From the NCBI GenBank assembly GCA_031323845.1, contig JAVIYP010000005.1, positions 9,153-73,152 on the forward strand: DNA of 64,000 bases, read 5' to 3'. The notes beneath the pieces were generated by a model, which ran no database searches, was not told the origin of the DNA, and worked only from the letters and a program-made list of their open reading frames with translations. Every line of letters begins with the position of its first letter. The first letter of the stretch is position 1. Shown here in pieces: positions 45,544 through 54,792 of the stretch. The translations under genes and the position numbers were made by a program. The stretch comes from Bacteroidales bacterium. GTDB taxonomy: Bacteria > Bacteroidota > Bacteroidia > Bacteroidales > UBA7960.

Positions 45544-46542
45544 TTGAGAAAAAACTTCAGAAGGTATGCGAGAGTACTTCTTTCGCTGTCGGCAGGTTTG
45601 TTATTGCTCTGGCTGATCATGCGCGGCCAGGACCCTGGGCTGCTGCGGAACGAATTTCGCAACGCCAACTACTTCTGGGTGTTTGCTGCCATGGGTTGCG
45701 CCATCCTGAGTCACTACATCAGGGCTATACGATGGAACCGCATCATCCGGGCCATGGGGTACAAGACAAAGGATTCCCTGACTTTTTACGCCGTCATGAC
45801 AGGCTATCTCACCAATCTTGCCGTTCCGCGCATGGGGGAGATAACCCGCTGCGTTACGCTCAGCAAGGCATCCGGAACACCGTTCAGCGCCCTGGCAGGA
45901 ACCGTGGTGGCAGAAAGGGTGTTTGACTTCCTGACCCTGGCAGGTATCATTGTTGTGACCATCAGTCTTCAGTTTAGCTTTCTGAAAACCTTTCTCCGGC
46001 AAATTTTCTGGGACCCGCTCATCAGCCGGGGCAGGGCAAACTGGGAACTCCTGGCGGCGATGCTGGCCCTGGCGCTGATCATTGGCCTGGTTGCCATGGT
46101 TGTAATCCGGAGAAAGTCAGAAAACCCCGGACACGGAAGCCTGGTGTACAAAATAAAAAGACAGTTCAGGGGGTTTGTCTTCGGCCTTAAAGCCATTACC
46201 CGGATGCAGGGAAAAAGATGGTTTGTTTTGCACAGCCTGCTGATCTGGGGGCTGTATTACCTCACGGTATACCTTTGCTTTTTTGCGATATCCGCAACCT
46301 CCGGCCTGACCGCTATTGCCGGCCTTACCCTGCTGACGGTGGGCAGCATAGGCATACTGGCACCCGTACCCGGTGGCATAGGCACCTATCACTTTCTTAC
46401 CATCATTACCTTAAAAGAACTGTACGGCATTAGCCCCGAAGCCGCCACCTCATACGCATACATCACACACGCCACACAGATAGCAGTGAACGTAGTTTTC
46501 GGCCTGCTCTCGTGGATGTTGCTTTCCGTCAGGAAGAAATAG
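45544..46542 (+). CDS. Flippase-like / lysylphosphatidylglycerol-synthase TM-domain (UPF0104) membrane protein
   Basis: 332 aa, about 8 TM segments. Conserved R..RW and PGGIG-type motif (PVPGGIGTYHF). TTG start. Confidence 0.7.
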   Translation: MRKNFRRYARVLLSLSAGLLLLWLIMRGQDPGLLRNEFRNANYFWVFAAMGCAILSHYIRAIRWNRIIRAMGYKTKDSLTFYAVMTGYLTNLAVPRMGEITRCVTLSKASGTPFSALAGTVVAERVFDFLTLAGIIVVTISLQFSFLKTFLRQIFWDPLISRGRANWELLAAMLALALIIGLVAMVVIRRKSENPGHGSLVYKIKRQFRGFVFGLKAITRMQGKRWFVLHSLLIWGLYYLTVYLCFFAISATSGLTAIAGLTLLTVGSIGILAPVPGGIGTYHFLTIITLKELYGISPEAATSYAYITHATQIAVNVVFGLLSWMLLSVRKK

Positions 46543-46666
46543 TACCGGTATTGCGCTTCCGGGAAAGTGCATCAACAACATTTTGAGCAAAATACTGTTA
46601 TCAGAATAGAGCGTAAACATACACCCCGGCTACCGGACATGATTTACAACAGTGAATAAAAAGCCT

Positions 46667-47167
46667 ATGAACACGCAACAACAACTGCAGTCAAAAATTT
46701 TTTCGCCGCACCAGTGGGAAAACTTCAGCCTTAAGCTGGCGGAGTGGAGAGGCAGGGGTCTTCGGATTGCTTTTACCAACGGCTGCTTCGACATCCTTCA
46801 TGCCGGCCATGCAGACTATCTGGCCAAAGCAGCCGACCTGGCCGATGTGCTCATCGTCGGACTGAACACCGATGCCTCCGTTCGTCGGATTAAAGGCAGC
46901 AACCGACCTGTCAACAACCAGGATAGCAGGTCAGCAGTACTGGCCTCGCTCTTTTATGTGGATGCGGTGGTGCTGTTTGACGAAGACGATCCTGCGAACC
47001 TCATTAATTTTGTTATGCCCGGGGTGCTGATAAAAGGAGCCGACTATAACGCCGATGAAGTGGTAGGCGCCGACGTGGTAAGGGCCAACCAGGGCGAAGT
47101 GGTGAACCTTCCGCTGCTCGAAGGCTACTCCACTACCCGCATCATCGAAAAAATAAAAAAAATGTGA
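46667..47167 (+). CDS. D-glycero-beta-D-manno-heptose 1-phosphate adenylyltransferase (RfaE domain II-type cytidylyltransferase)
   Basis: FTNGCFDILHAGHADYL nucleotidyltransferase motif and ..VLIKGADY... First ATG chosen. Confidence 0.85.
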   Translation: MNTQQQLQSKIFSPHQWENFSLKLAEWRGRGLRIAFTNGCFDILHAGHADYLAKAADLADVLIVGLNTDASVRRIKGSNRPVNNQDSRSAVLASLFYVDAVVLFDEDDPANLINFVMPGVLIKGADYNADEVVGADVVRANQGEVVNLPLLEGYSTTRIIEKIKKM

Positions 47168-47225
47168 ATCATGCAGGCAGGAAAACAACACATCCTTTCT
47201 TACTGATACCCTAAAATATTTTGCC

Positions 47226-48884
47226 ATGGAGAAAGAACGCCGCAAGCCTCTGTTTAAACAATATCTGCCTGTAATTCTGGCACTGACGCTAATAGCAGGT
47301 TTTATCATGGGGCTGAACCTGCGTATGGGCGGACCCGCCGACAGTGAGGGTCGTTTTTTCTCTATCGGAACGGAGCGGCACAATAAGGTCAACGATGTTT
47401 TGAATTATGTGCTGGATGCTTATGTTGACAGCGTTTCGCGGCAGCAACTCACCGAAGAGACCATTCGCAGCCTTCTAAAAAACCTTGATCCGCACTCTTC
47501 CTACATTCCCGCCTCGGAGTTCAGAAGGCTCAACGATCCGTTAATGGGAAGTTTTGAGGGCATTGGCATTGAGTTTAACATGATCAAGGACACGGTTGTG
47601 GTCATTCAGCCCATACCCGGCGGGCCGAGCGAAAGGGCCGGTTTGCTGCCCGGCGACCGCATTGTTATGGTTGAAGACACCCTGATTGCCGGCGTCAGCA
47701 TGTCAACGGCAGATATAGTTGATTTGTTGATGGGAAAGAAGGGCACGGAGGTCAACATTGCCGTGTTCCGGTTGGGCATCCCTGAGTTGCTCCGGTTTTC
47801 GCTGATCAGGGACAAGATACCCTCGTACAGCCTTGACATTGCTTACATGGTAAACCACGAAACCGGTTACATCAAGCTTAACAAGTTTTCGGCGACCACG
47901 CACCAGGAGTTTGTCAACGGTGTTGAACAATTGCTTGCCGAAGGCATGCAACAGATGATCCTTGATCTGCGGGGCAACACGGGGGGCTTTCTGGACGCTG
48001 CCATCCTGCTGGCCGATGAGTTGCTGGAACCGGGGAGGCTGATCGTTTATACCGATGGACGAAAACGCTCGCGCACCCAGGCCCGTGCACGACGGCCCGG
48101 AATTTTTGAACATCAGCCGCTGGTTATTCTTATTGATGAGTGGTCGGCTTCTGCCAGCGAAATCATTGCCGGTGCCGTTCAGGACAACGACAGGGGGCTG
48201 ATCGTGGGACGCAGGTCTTTTGGCAAGGGCCTGGTCCAGGAGCAAGTGCAGCTTGGAGACGGTTCAGCGCTGCGCCTGACCGTAGCCAGGTACTACACCC
48301 CTACCGGAAGAAGCATACAAAACCCTTATGACGAAGGCGACGAAGCCTACTTTAACGAATTTCTGCAAAGGTTCCACAACGGCGAAATGCACAGCCCCGA
48401 CAGCATATTCTTTGATGACACACAGCGCTTCGAAACACCTGCCGGCAGAACAGTGTTTGGTGGTGGCGGCATCATGCCCGACGTTTTTGTGCCGCTGTCG
48501 TCTGAAAACCTTTCCTTTTTCAACCTGGTATCGAACCGCGGCCACATTTATATGTTTGCCTTCAACTACGCCGACAGGCACAGGGCACAGCTGGAAAAAC
48601 AAAGCAACGCAGCCGGGTTTGTCAGCGAGTTTTCGTTCAGCCACGCCGACTACCTCGAATTTCTTGACTTTGTCAGGGCACAGGGAACACGCATTCCGGA
48701 CGATATCAGTCCTGAAAGTGAGGCGATGATTAAAAACCACCTGAAAGCATATACCGGCAGAAACATTTTTGGAGCGCAGGCTTTTTACCCTGTGCTGCAC
48801 GAAAAAGACAGGGGTTTTAAGAAGGCTTTGCAAACGCTCGGCAATGAAGAGCTGTTGCTTACACTCACTACGAAAAAAGAGTGA
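47226..48884 (+). CDS. S41-family carboxy-terminal processing peptidase
   Basis: TM anchor, PDZ domain (GIGIEF..GGPSERAGLLPGD), catalytic Ser/Lys regions (DEWSASASEI, RRSFGKGLVQ). Confidence 0.9.
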   Translation: MEKERRKPLFKQYLPVILALTLIAGFIMGLNLRMGGPADSEGRFFSIGTERHNKVNDVLNYVLDAYVDSVSRQQLTEETIRSLLKNLDPHSSYIPASEFRRLNDPLMGSFEGIGIEFNMIKDTVVVIQPIPGGPSERAGLLPGDRIVMVEDTLIAGVSMSTADIVDLLMGKKGTEVNIAVFRLGIPELLRFSLIRDKIPSYSLDIAYMVNHETGYIKLNKFSATTHQEFVNGVEQLLAEGMQQMILDLRGNTGGFLDAAILLADELLEPGRLIVYTDGRKRSRTQARARRPGIFEHQPLVILIDEWSASASEIIAGAVQDNDRGLIVGRRSFGKGLVQEQVQLGDGSALRLTVARYYTPTGRSIQNPYDEGDEAYFNEFLQRFHNGEMHSPDSIFFDDTQRFETPAGRTVFGGGGIMPDVFVPLSSENLSFFNLVSNRGHIYMFAFNYADRHRAQLEKQSNAAGFVSEFSFSHADYLEFLDFVRAQGTRIPDDISPESEAMIKNHLKAYTGRNIFGAQAFYPVLHEKDRGFKKALQTLGNEELLLTLTTKKE

Positions 48885-48893
48885 TCACAGGTA

Positions 48894-49451
48894 TTATAAG
48901 CCTATATCGGGGCCGATTTCTTTCATGGCATTGAGCGACAATTCAACAAACTCCGGAAGACTCAGCCCGAGTTTCTCACATTCCATAACGGTATCCCTGT
49001 TCACAGAGGCAGCAAAAGCCTTTTCCTTCATTCGTTTGGTGACGGATTTAACTTTGACGGCGGCCACTTTTTTGTCGGGATAAACAAGGGCCGTAGCCGT
49101 AATCAGTCCGGTAATGGTTTCACCGGCGGCCAGTGCATGGTGCAGGGGCTTGTATCGTTGCCGGCCGTGGGCGGCCAGTTCATTGTGCAACATCACCGCT
49201 TCAACAATTTCAGAGTCCACCCCGTATTCTTCCAGTATTTTGGCCCCATCCATGGCGTGCACCAGCGGATCGGCCTGGGTTATTTCAACGTCCACATCGT
49301 GCAGCAAGCCGGCCAGTCCCCATTGGTCAGGGTCTTCTCCCAAATGCTTTGCCAGTGCCCGCAACACAGCCTCTGAAGCCAGGCAATGAGCAATAAGTTT
49401 CGGGTTTTTTACATATTGGTGAAGCAGTTCCAGCGCTTTCTCTCTTTTCAT
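48894..49451 (-). CDS. HD-domain phosphohydrolase
   Basis: HD motif GLLHDVD plus flanking His residues. Start at the internal ATG (MKREKALELL). Confidence 0.75.
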   Translation of the reverse strand: MKREKALELLHQYVKNPKLIAHCLASEAVLRALAKHLGEDPDQWGLAGLLHDVDVEITQADPLVHAMDGAKILEEYGVDSEIVEAVMLHNELAAHGRQRYKPLHHALAAGETITGLITATALVYPDKKVAAVKVKSVTKRMKEKAFAASVNRDTVMECEKLGLSLPEFVELSLNAMKEIGPDIGL

Positions 49452-49549
49452 ATTCCGGGTTTTGCCGGCGGCGTTTTCTCCGCAACCTGCCTTACGGTCC
49501 ATGGAGGTAACGGCAGGGCGGTGTGTCTGACCGCAACGTATTTTGTCAA

Positions 49550-51040
49550 TTAGGGGGCCTCAAAAACATTCAACAACACTTCCGTTTCAAAAAAGTCCTG
49601 CTCGCGAGTGGCGTCAATGATCAACGGCTCGGAGATATAGCCGTCAAGGTCAACGGTCAGTGTGTAGCTGTGTCCCAGCGGAAGCAGCACACGAAACGCA
49701 TCGGAAAACAGTTCATAGTGAACAGCCTCTGAAGGTTGATAATTGATCAGGACTTTTGGCCGGAGGCCGGGCGGAACCGGCTGTCCTGTGAGTTTATCTA
49801 TAATTCTGCCCCTGATCTGAAAAACATCGGTTTGGGCAAAGTATAGATTTTGTTCGATCACGGTACCTGGTTGAACCCGGGTGAGGTCAATCATGGCAGC
49901 CACTCCTGCCCAATTATCCATTTGGGGTTTCAGCGTATGGGAGGCTCCCGGCTCGAGCTGCACTTCAAAGAATGCCTCACCTTTATTGATGATCAGACCG
50001 GGAAAATCCCGGCGTCCGTTTACCAGGATATGGTACGTGGTATCATCAAGCATCCTTGACTGATCCTGATGGTAGAGAAGATACCCTTTAACCTGAACCA
50101 CGGGGGCCTCCTTGTCAAGTCGCAGCCTGAATATGTCTGCTTTCCCAAAAGAGTTGGTTACAGAACTGTAATACACCCATGCTTCATTACCGTCAATTCT
50201 GTAATAGGAATCCCATCCGGGACTGTTCACATTTTCGTCAACCTGTATCGGACCGGCCCAGTTTTCGAAGCCTGCATCAATCCGTCTTGCATAATAAATA
50301 TTAAACACATCGGGATCCTCTTCCAGGTTGGCGGAAAAATACAGACGCCGTTTGTCGTGAGACAGGAATGGTGCTTCCAGGCTTTGATGGCCGGAAGGAA
50401 TAAGGTTGCTGAATGATAATTTGATCGGACGGGCATACCTGTATCTCCCGGTTTGCCTGGACAAATAAATATCCATGGTTTGTCTTTGCCGGGAGTTGGA
50501 AAACGACATTACCAGCAGGCTTCTGTCGGGGCTCATATACGCATTTACCAGCGAACCTCTGTTCATACCGGCAAAGCCGGACACCTTAATGGGCCGTGGC
50601 TTGCTCCATTCGTTCGGACCTGTTTTCTGCACTATGGAGAATCCCCTGTTGCGCCACCGGGTACCAGCATTGTTGAATCTTCCCAGGATAAGGTATGATG
50701 TCCCATCGTCAAGCGCCGACAATAATGCGTTGGAACGTCCTATATTGACACTGTTCGGCAATCTTTGAGCTTCACTCCAGGAATGATCATCCTGAAGCCT
50801 GGAATACCAGATGTCCTGGCTGTTTTTTTCGCCATACCTGTTTTCCGGGTGGTTCACCCTGGTGAAAAAAAGCATCTTTCCGTCAACAGACAGCACCGGG
50901 TTTATTTCTGAATATTCGGTGTTAATGCTTATTCCAAGATTTTCCGGTTGCACCTTTGGCTGGGAGCGGCCGGTGGCGGGATTGAAAATGAAACAAAGAC
51001 CTGTAAGCAGGGTAACAATAGTTTTTACGATATCATACAT
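49550..51040 (-). CDS. Secreted TolB-like beta-propeller (PD40 repeat) protein with a C-terminal CarboxypepD_reg-like region
   Basis: Signal peptide. PD40-like repeats (INPVLSVDGKMLFFTR, YMSPDRSLLVMSF, PFLSHDKRRLYFSA). C-terminal beta-sandwich-like segments (QIRGRIIDKLTGQPV). No OmpA domain. Confidence 0.6.
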   Translation of the reverse strand: MYDIVKTIVTLLTGLCFIFNPATGRSQPKVQPENLGISINTEYSEINPVLSVDGKMLFFTRVNHPENRYGEKNSQDIWYSRLQDDHSWSEAQRLPNSVNIGRSNALLSALDDGTSYLILGRFNNAGTRWRNRGFSIVQKTGPNEWSKPRPIKVSGFAGMNRGSLVNAYMSPDRSLLVMSFSNSRQRQTMDIYLSRQTGRYRYARPIKLSFSNLIPSGHQSLEAPFLSHDKRRLYFSANLEEDPDVFNIYYARRIDAGFENWAGPIQVDENVNSPGWDSYYRIDGNEAWVYYSSVTNSFGKADIFRLRLDKEAPVVQVKGYLLYHQDQSRMLDDTTYHILVNGRRDFPGLIINKGEAFFEVQLEPGASHTLKPQMDNWAGVAAMIDLTRVQPGTVIEQNLYFAQTDVFQIRGRIIDKLTGQPVPPGLRPKVLINYQPSEAVHYELFSDAFRVLLPLGHSYTLTVDLDGYISEPLIIDATREQDFFETEVLLNVFEAP

Positions 51041-51063
51041 GGTTCAAGTGTATGGTTTGGTTA

Positions 51064-52410
51064 TTATCTATACGGCAGACCTTGCTGTTCGGTTAGTTTT
51101 CCAAATACCATATTCACGCCAAAACGCAGGTTAAAGTTGGTTAAACTCAGGGGGTCAATGAGTGGGGCATAGTAGTTATCGGTAACCACATAAAATTGCA
51201 GGGGTCCGGGTTTGAAGATCAGCCCGAGACCGAAATTGGCAAAGCTTCGTTGGTTGAAAGCAACGTTGGTGGCCACTGTCCATGTCCGGCCCACCCCCTG
51301 GGTAAGGTTCAGTGAAACTGCCGGATAATGTTTTCTGTTAACCGTGCTGTAAAACTGAAATCCTGCATGGGTTCTGGCGGCAAGCCTGTAGCTTGCGGAA
51401 AGATAGATTTTGGGAGGCAGCCATGTCCGGTAACCACCTTCGAGCTCTTCATCAGTAAAGTTGTCCAGGAAATCGTCCATGAATCCGTTGGAGTCATCGT
51501 TGTCATCGCCGGAAGAACTGTTTGCAAAAATGTCGATGCCGTTATATACCGCCTCTCCCCTGATGCGGTAATGTTTGGTGTTGTCTTTCCAGGAAATAAA
51601 GCCTATGTCGTTTATGGCTACGCTGAAGGTTGTCCTTTCGTCGAATCTGAATACGGTGCCCAGCGACAAGGCAAAGCCGGGGTTTCTGAATCGGAGCAGA
51701 AAATCCCCAATCCATTCATCATCAACATCATCATCGAAAGGCACTCCCGCGCTGTACAGGGTAAAATCAGTGGCAACGGAGTGTTCATAATCATTGTTAA
51801 GGACGGCTATATGGATATTTTCCGGTTCGAGCGAAAGGTTTGCAAGTCCGTGCAACACACTGAACCTTCCTCCGAAGACCCAGGGTCCCCACACCCTGGA
51901 GGCGCCAAAAGTGAACTCCCTGTATAAATTGGCTTCTACGCCGAAAGGCGTAAAATCAAAGCGTTGACCTACCATGTCGGCATTACCGCGCAACAGCAGT
52001 GAAACAAAATCTTTGGGATAAAACAAGGACATGCTGTGTTTTTGCCTTGAGGCGAACCAGTAATTCCATTGATCAACGTTAATCCGAAGGTGAAAAATAT
52101 CGAGGTCGGCCCCAAAGTGCAGCATGTTCTGATGGGCGAGGTGTGCAAGCATCTGACCAGTATTTAACACCTGCCGGCCATCCTTGTTCGAGATAAACCT
52201 GTTTGGCACAAAGCCGTTATGGATCATCTGGAATGAAACTGAAGAGATTCCCGGCAGCCCAAGACTCACCCTGTGGTCAGGCGTCAACGCCGGATTCAGA
52301 AAGGAGGACTGAAATACATCGTTAAAGAGGGGCAGCACTGTTTCTGATTGTGCCCTGGCTCCCAACGAACAGATCCATACAAACAGGATTATTATACTGG
52401 CTTTTTTCAT
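51064..52410 (-). CDS. Putative outer-membrane beta-barrel protein (uncharacterised family)
   Basis: Signal peptide MKKASIIILFVWICSLGARAQ and alternating amphipathic strands throughout. 24 nt upstream of the propeller gene. Confidence 0.5.
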   Translation of the reverse strand: MKKASIIILFVWICSLGARAQSETVLPLFNDVFQSSFLNPALTPDHRVSLGLPGISSVSFQMIHNGFVPNRFISNKDGRQVLNTGQMLAHLAHQNMLHFGADLDIFHLRINVDQWNYWFASRQKHSMSLFYPKDFVSLLLRGNADMVGQRFDFTPFGVEANLYREFTFGASRVWGPWVFGGRFSVLHGLANLSLEPENIHIAVLNNDYEHSVATDFTLYSAGVPFDDDVDDEWIGDFLLRFRNPGFALSLGTVFRFDERTTFSVAINDIGFISWKDNTKHYRIRGEAVYNGIDIFANSSSGDDNDDSNGFMDDFLDNFTDEELEGGYRTWLPPKIYLSASYRLAARTHAGFQFYSTVNRKHYPAVSLNLTQGVGRTWTVATNVAFNQRSFANFGLGLIFKPGPLQFYVVTDNYYAPLIDPLSLTNFNLRFGVNMVFGKLTEQQGLPYR

Positions 52411-52468
52411 GATTCGCAACTATTATCGTGTACACAGTTGGTTTTAATCTATATGTTCTCGCATGCCG

Positions 52469-54076
52469 TCAGGGTGCCACGGTGGCATCTATGTACAGCG
52501 TGGCTTTTATCCCCAGAAAGTCAGAGGGCCTGATGTTAACGCTCCTGTCCCTGGCACCTTTGGTCTGGGCCTTAAACAGCACTCTCATTTCGGCAGCATC
52601 AAGCATTTTGTCGTATTGTTCCCGGGTCAGTGAGTAGATCATGGTCTGTTCGCGGTAACCGATGGCATCGCCTGAATCATCAATTTCAGGGCTTTCTATC
52701 AAGCTTGCTACGTCATCGAAAATCCGCACCAGTTCAGCTCCTTCGCTGTCAACAAAGATCAATTGCATGCCAAGGCTGACAGGAATCCCGTTTTTAGTTT
52801 CCACGACCATTGAAGCGGTAAAATCTTCAACAAACCCCAACTCGGGATAGCTTCCTACTTCCCGTTCAAAATCAAAGAACAGATCGAGAATGCTGCCAGT
52901 AAGCGGCATTTCCACTTTCGTGACGAAATGGACCCGGCTGGTGTCAGCAACAAAAAAATCATGAATGTATTCAACCGGGGTGGCCGGGTTTATTTCGCCC
53001 AGATAATACCCTCCGGTGAAACCCATCGAAACGGGAATAAATGAAAGGAGGTCGTTGATGTTTGAGTTATCATTATTCAGCCGGAACCTTGTTCTGACAA
53101 AGCCCTCTTCCTCGGTTGCATAAGCCGGATAATTCATTTCTCCCAGAAGAAAGTCCTTCCAGTGATCGTCAATACCTGCCGCAGCGCCTGTGTTTTGAAT
53201 GTTGAGGGTATCCTCATCATGATTAACCAGGTACATATGGCCGATCAGCAGTGCCAGCGGAACACCCAGGGATGTGCCAATATCAAATTCAATAAAGATA
53301 TCTTCAAGATAAATGTAGGGATCTTCGATGATGGCCTCAAATAATCCGAAATTGATCTCGTTATCTCCGAGTTCTCCGGCATTTTCAATAAACCCCACTG
53401 CTTTTTCGTAACGCAAGGCTCCAAACCTGATAAAGGTATTAAAGCTTCCTGCATCAGCGGTTGCTGACTCAAATTCAATGTGGTAGGTGATGTTGTTGTA
53501 CAGCGTATCTGTGCCTTCAACACGGAAAAGATCCAGCCTTGTGTCGGCCAGGTCAACAATATTGCTGGAGAGAAACGGGTTTTCACCCCATTCGGCGGTG
53601 ATGCTTACCGGCCTGCCATTGTATATCATGCCGGGGAAAGTAATCTTAATTTCCACATCATCCGCAAAATCCTTTTCAAACTCAACCAATAGCTGGCCCC
53701 TGCTCAGAAACAGATGCTTCAATTCCGATCCTGTGCCAAAGCCGCTAAACTCCTCTTCAATGGTAATTTCAAAGGCAGCTGCCTGAATCGGAATGGTTTG
53801 CTCAAACCTTCGTTCTGGAATAAACAGAAAAGGCCTGATGCTTAGCTCATTATCAAACTTCATAATCAACCGGTCGTCCGTAACCTCAAGGAATGAACTG
53901 AGGTCGGTCGTTCCGGCATCAATCATTTCTGCAATGGTAGCCTCTGAGTTAATCAGAGGTAACACGAAAGATGTGGTAAAAGGCTCTATCTCAATATCCT
54001 GAAGCGCGTCGTAATCGGCACAGGAATAGAGCAGCAATGCGAGAGCCGGGAAAATCAGGAACGTTTTGGTGCGCAT
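52469..54076 (-). CDS. Acidic lipoprotein, uncharacterised
   Basis: Lipobox LALLLYSC. 535 aa with no recognisable catalytic motif. First gene of a three-gene minus-strand unit. Confidence 0.6.
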   Translation of the reverse strand: MRTKTFLIFPALALLLYSCADYDALQDIEIEPFTTSFVLPLINSEATIAEMIDAGTTDLSSFLEVTDDRLIMKFDNELSIRPFLFIPERRFEQTIPIQAAAFEITIEEEFSGFGTGSELKHLFLSRGQLLVEFEKDFADDVEIKITFPGMIYNGRPVSITAEWGENPFLSSNIVDLADTRLDLFRVEGTDTLYNNITYHIEFESATADAGSFNTFIRFGALRYEKAVGFIENAGELGDNEINFGLFEAIIEDPYIYLEDIFIEFDIGTSLGVPLALLIGHMYLVNHDEDTLNIQNTGAAAGIDDHWKDFLLGEMNYPAYATEEEGFVRTRFRLNNDNSNINDLLSFIPVSMGFTGGYYLGEINPATPVEYIHDFFVADTSRVHFVTKVEMPLTGSILDLFFDFEREVGSYPELGFVEDFTASMVVETKNGIPVSLGMQLIFVDSEGAELVRIFDDVASLIESPEIDDSGDAIGYREQTMIYSLTREQYDKMLDAAEMRVLFKAQTKGARDRSVNIRPSDFLGIKATLYIDATVAP

Positions 54077-54500
54077 AAAAAAGTTTTTTGAGGTTTTTTT
54101 TAAGCCTCTGCCGGCTAAGTTTCTAAATTTTCAGACAAAACAGATCTGTAAATTTGATGTTAAATATACAAAAAGAGCTGATATATTCATCACATTTAAA
54201 AAATTATATTTCTCTGTATCTTGTCAGATGAGCATCCTGATCAATATAAGAAAGGGGCAATTCAGTCGTATATGCTGTTGCGACTCCGAAAAAGAGTAAA
54301 CAGTCGACACTGTTTATCAGGACAATGGTGTTTCATGGTATTCTTACAGTGCAACCATACGGGTATAATGAAAATAGTTTGTTATTTTTGATATGGAAAA
54401 AAAGATTAAACCATTGAAGCAACTGCAAAAGGTTAAAAAAACCACAGATTATGAACAATTATTCATTTCAAAGGTGTTCATGAGCTCACTTCGTTCGGTT

Positions 54501-54730
54501 CACAGATTATTATAAATTATCAGGGGCAGGCATCAGCGTTGAGTAAGAGTACCCCAGTGATTTAAAATCAGTTTTCGGCACGGTCTCATCACTCAAATAA
54601 TCAACAATTCAACGATTCAACAAAAAACGAATAAACGATTCAACAATAAAACGATTCAACAAAAAACATACACCAATATATGCTCCGAACTCTGAATGCT
54701 GACATCCGGCTTCCGGTCTCCGGCCTCCGG
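54501..54730. repeat. Composite element, copy 3: conserved 106-nt unit + (gattcaac) array + ctgaatgctgac/ggcttccgg arrays
   Basis: Unit 54501-54606 matches the reverse complement of 61378-61484. Followed by 8-bp-period arrays at 54607-54665 and 54688-54730. Confidence 0.85.
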
Positions 54731-54792
54731 TTTTCATTCAGCACCCCGGGTATACTTACAAAACACAGAAAACCCAGCATTCACATATCCAA

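Noticed and set aside
54393-54515. 40-codon ORF (MEKKIKPLKQLQKVKKTTDYEQLFISKVFMSSLRSVHRLL) upstream of aroB, considered as an aromatic-amino-acid leader peptide
   Set aside because: It has only two Phe, one Tyr, no Trp, and no run of regulatory codons. It runs into the repeat unit, which has a non-coding partner at 61.4 kb. A TAnnTTTG box (54383-54390) sits too close to its ATG for it to be translated from that promoter.
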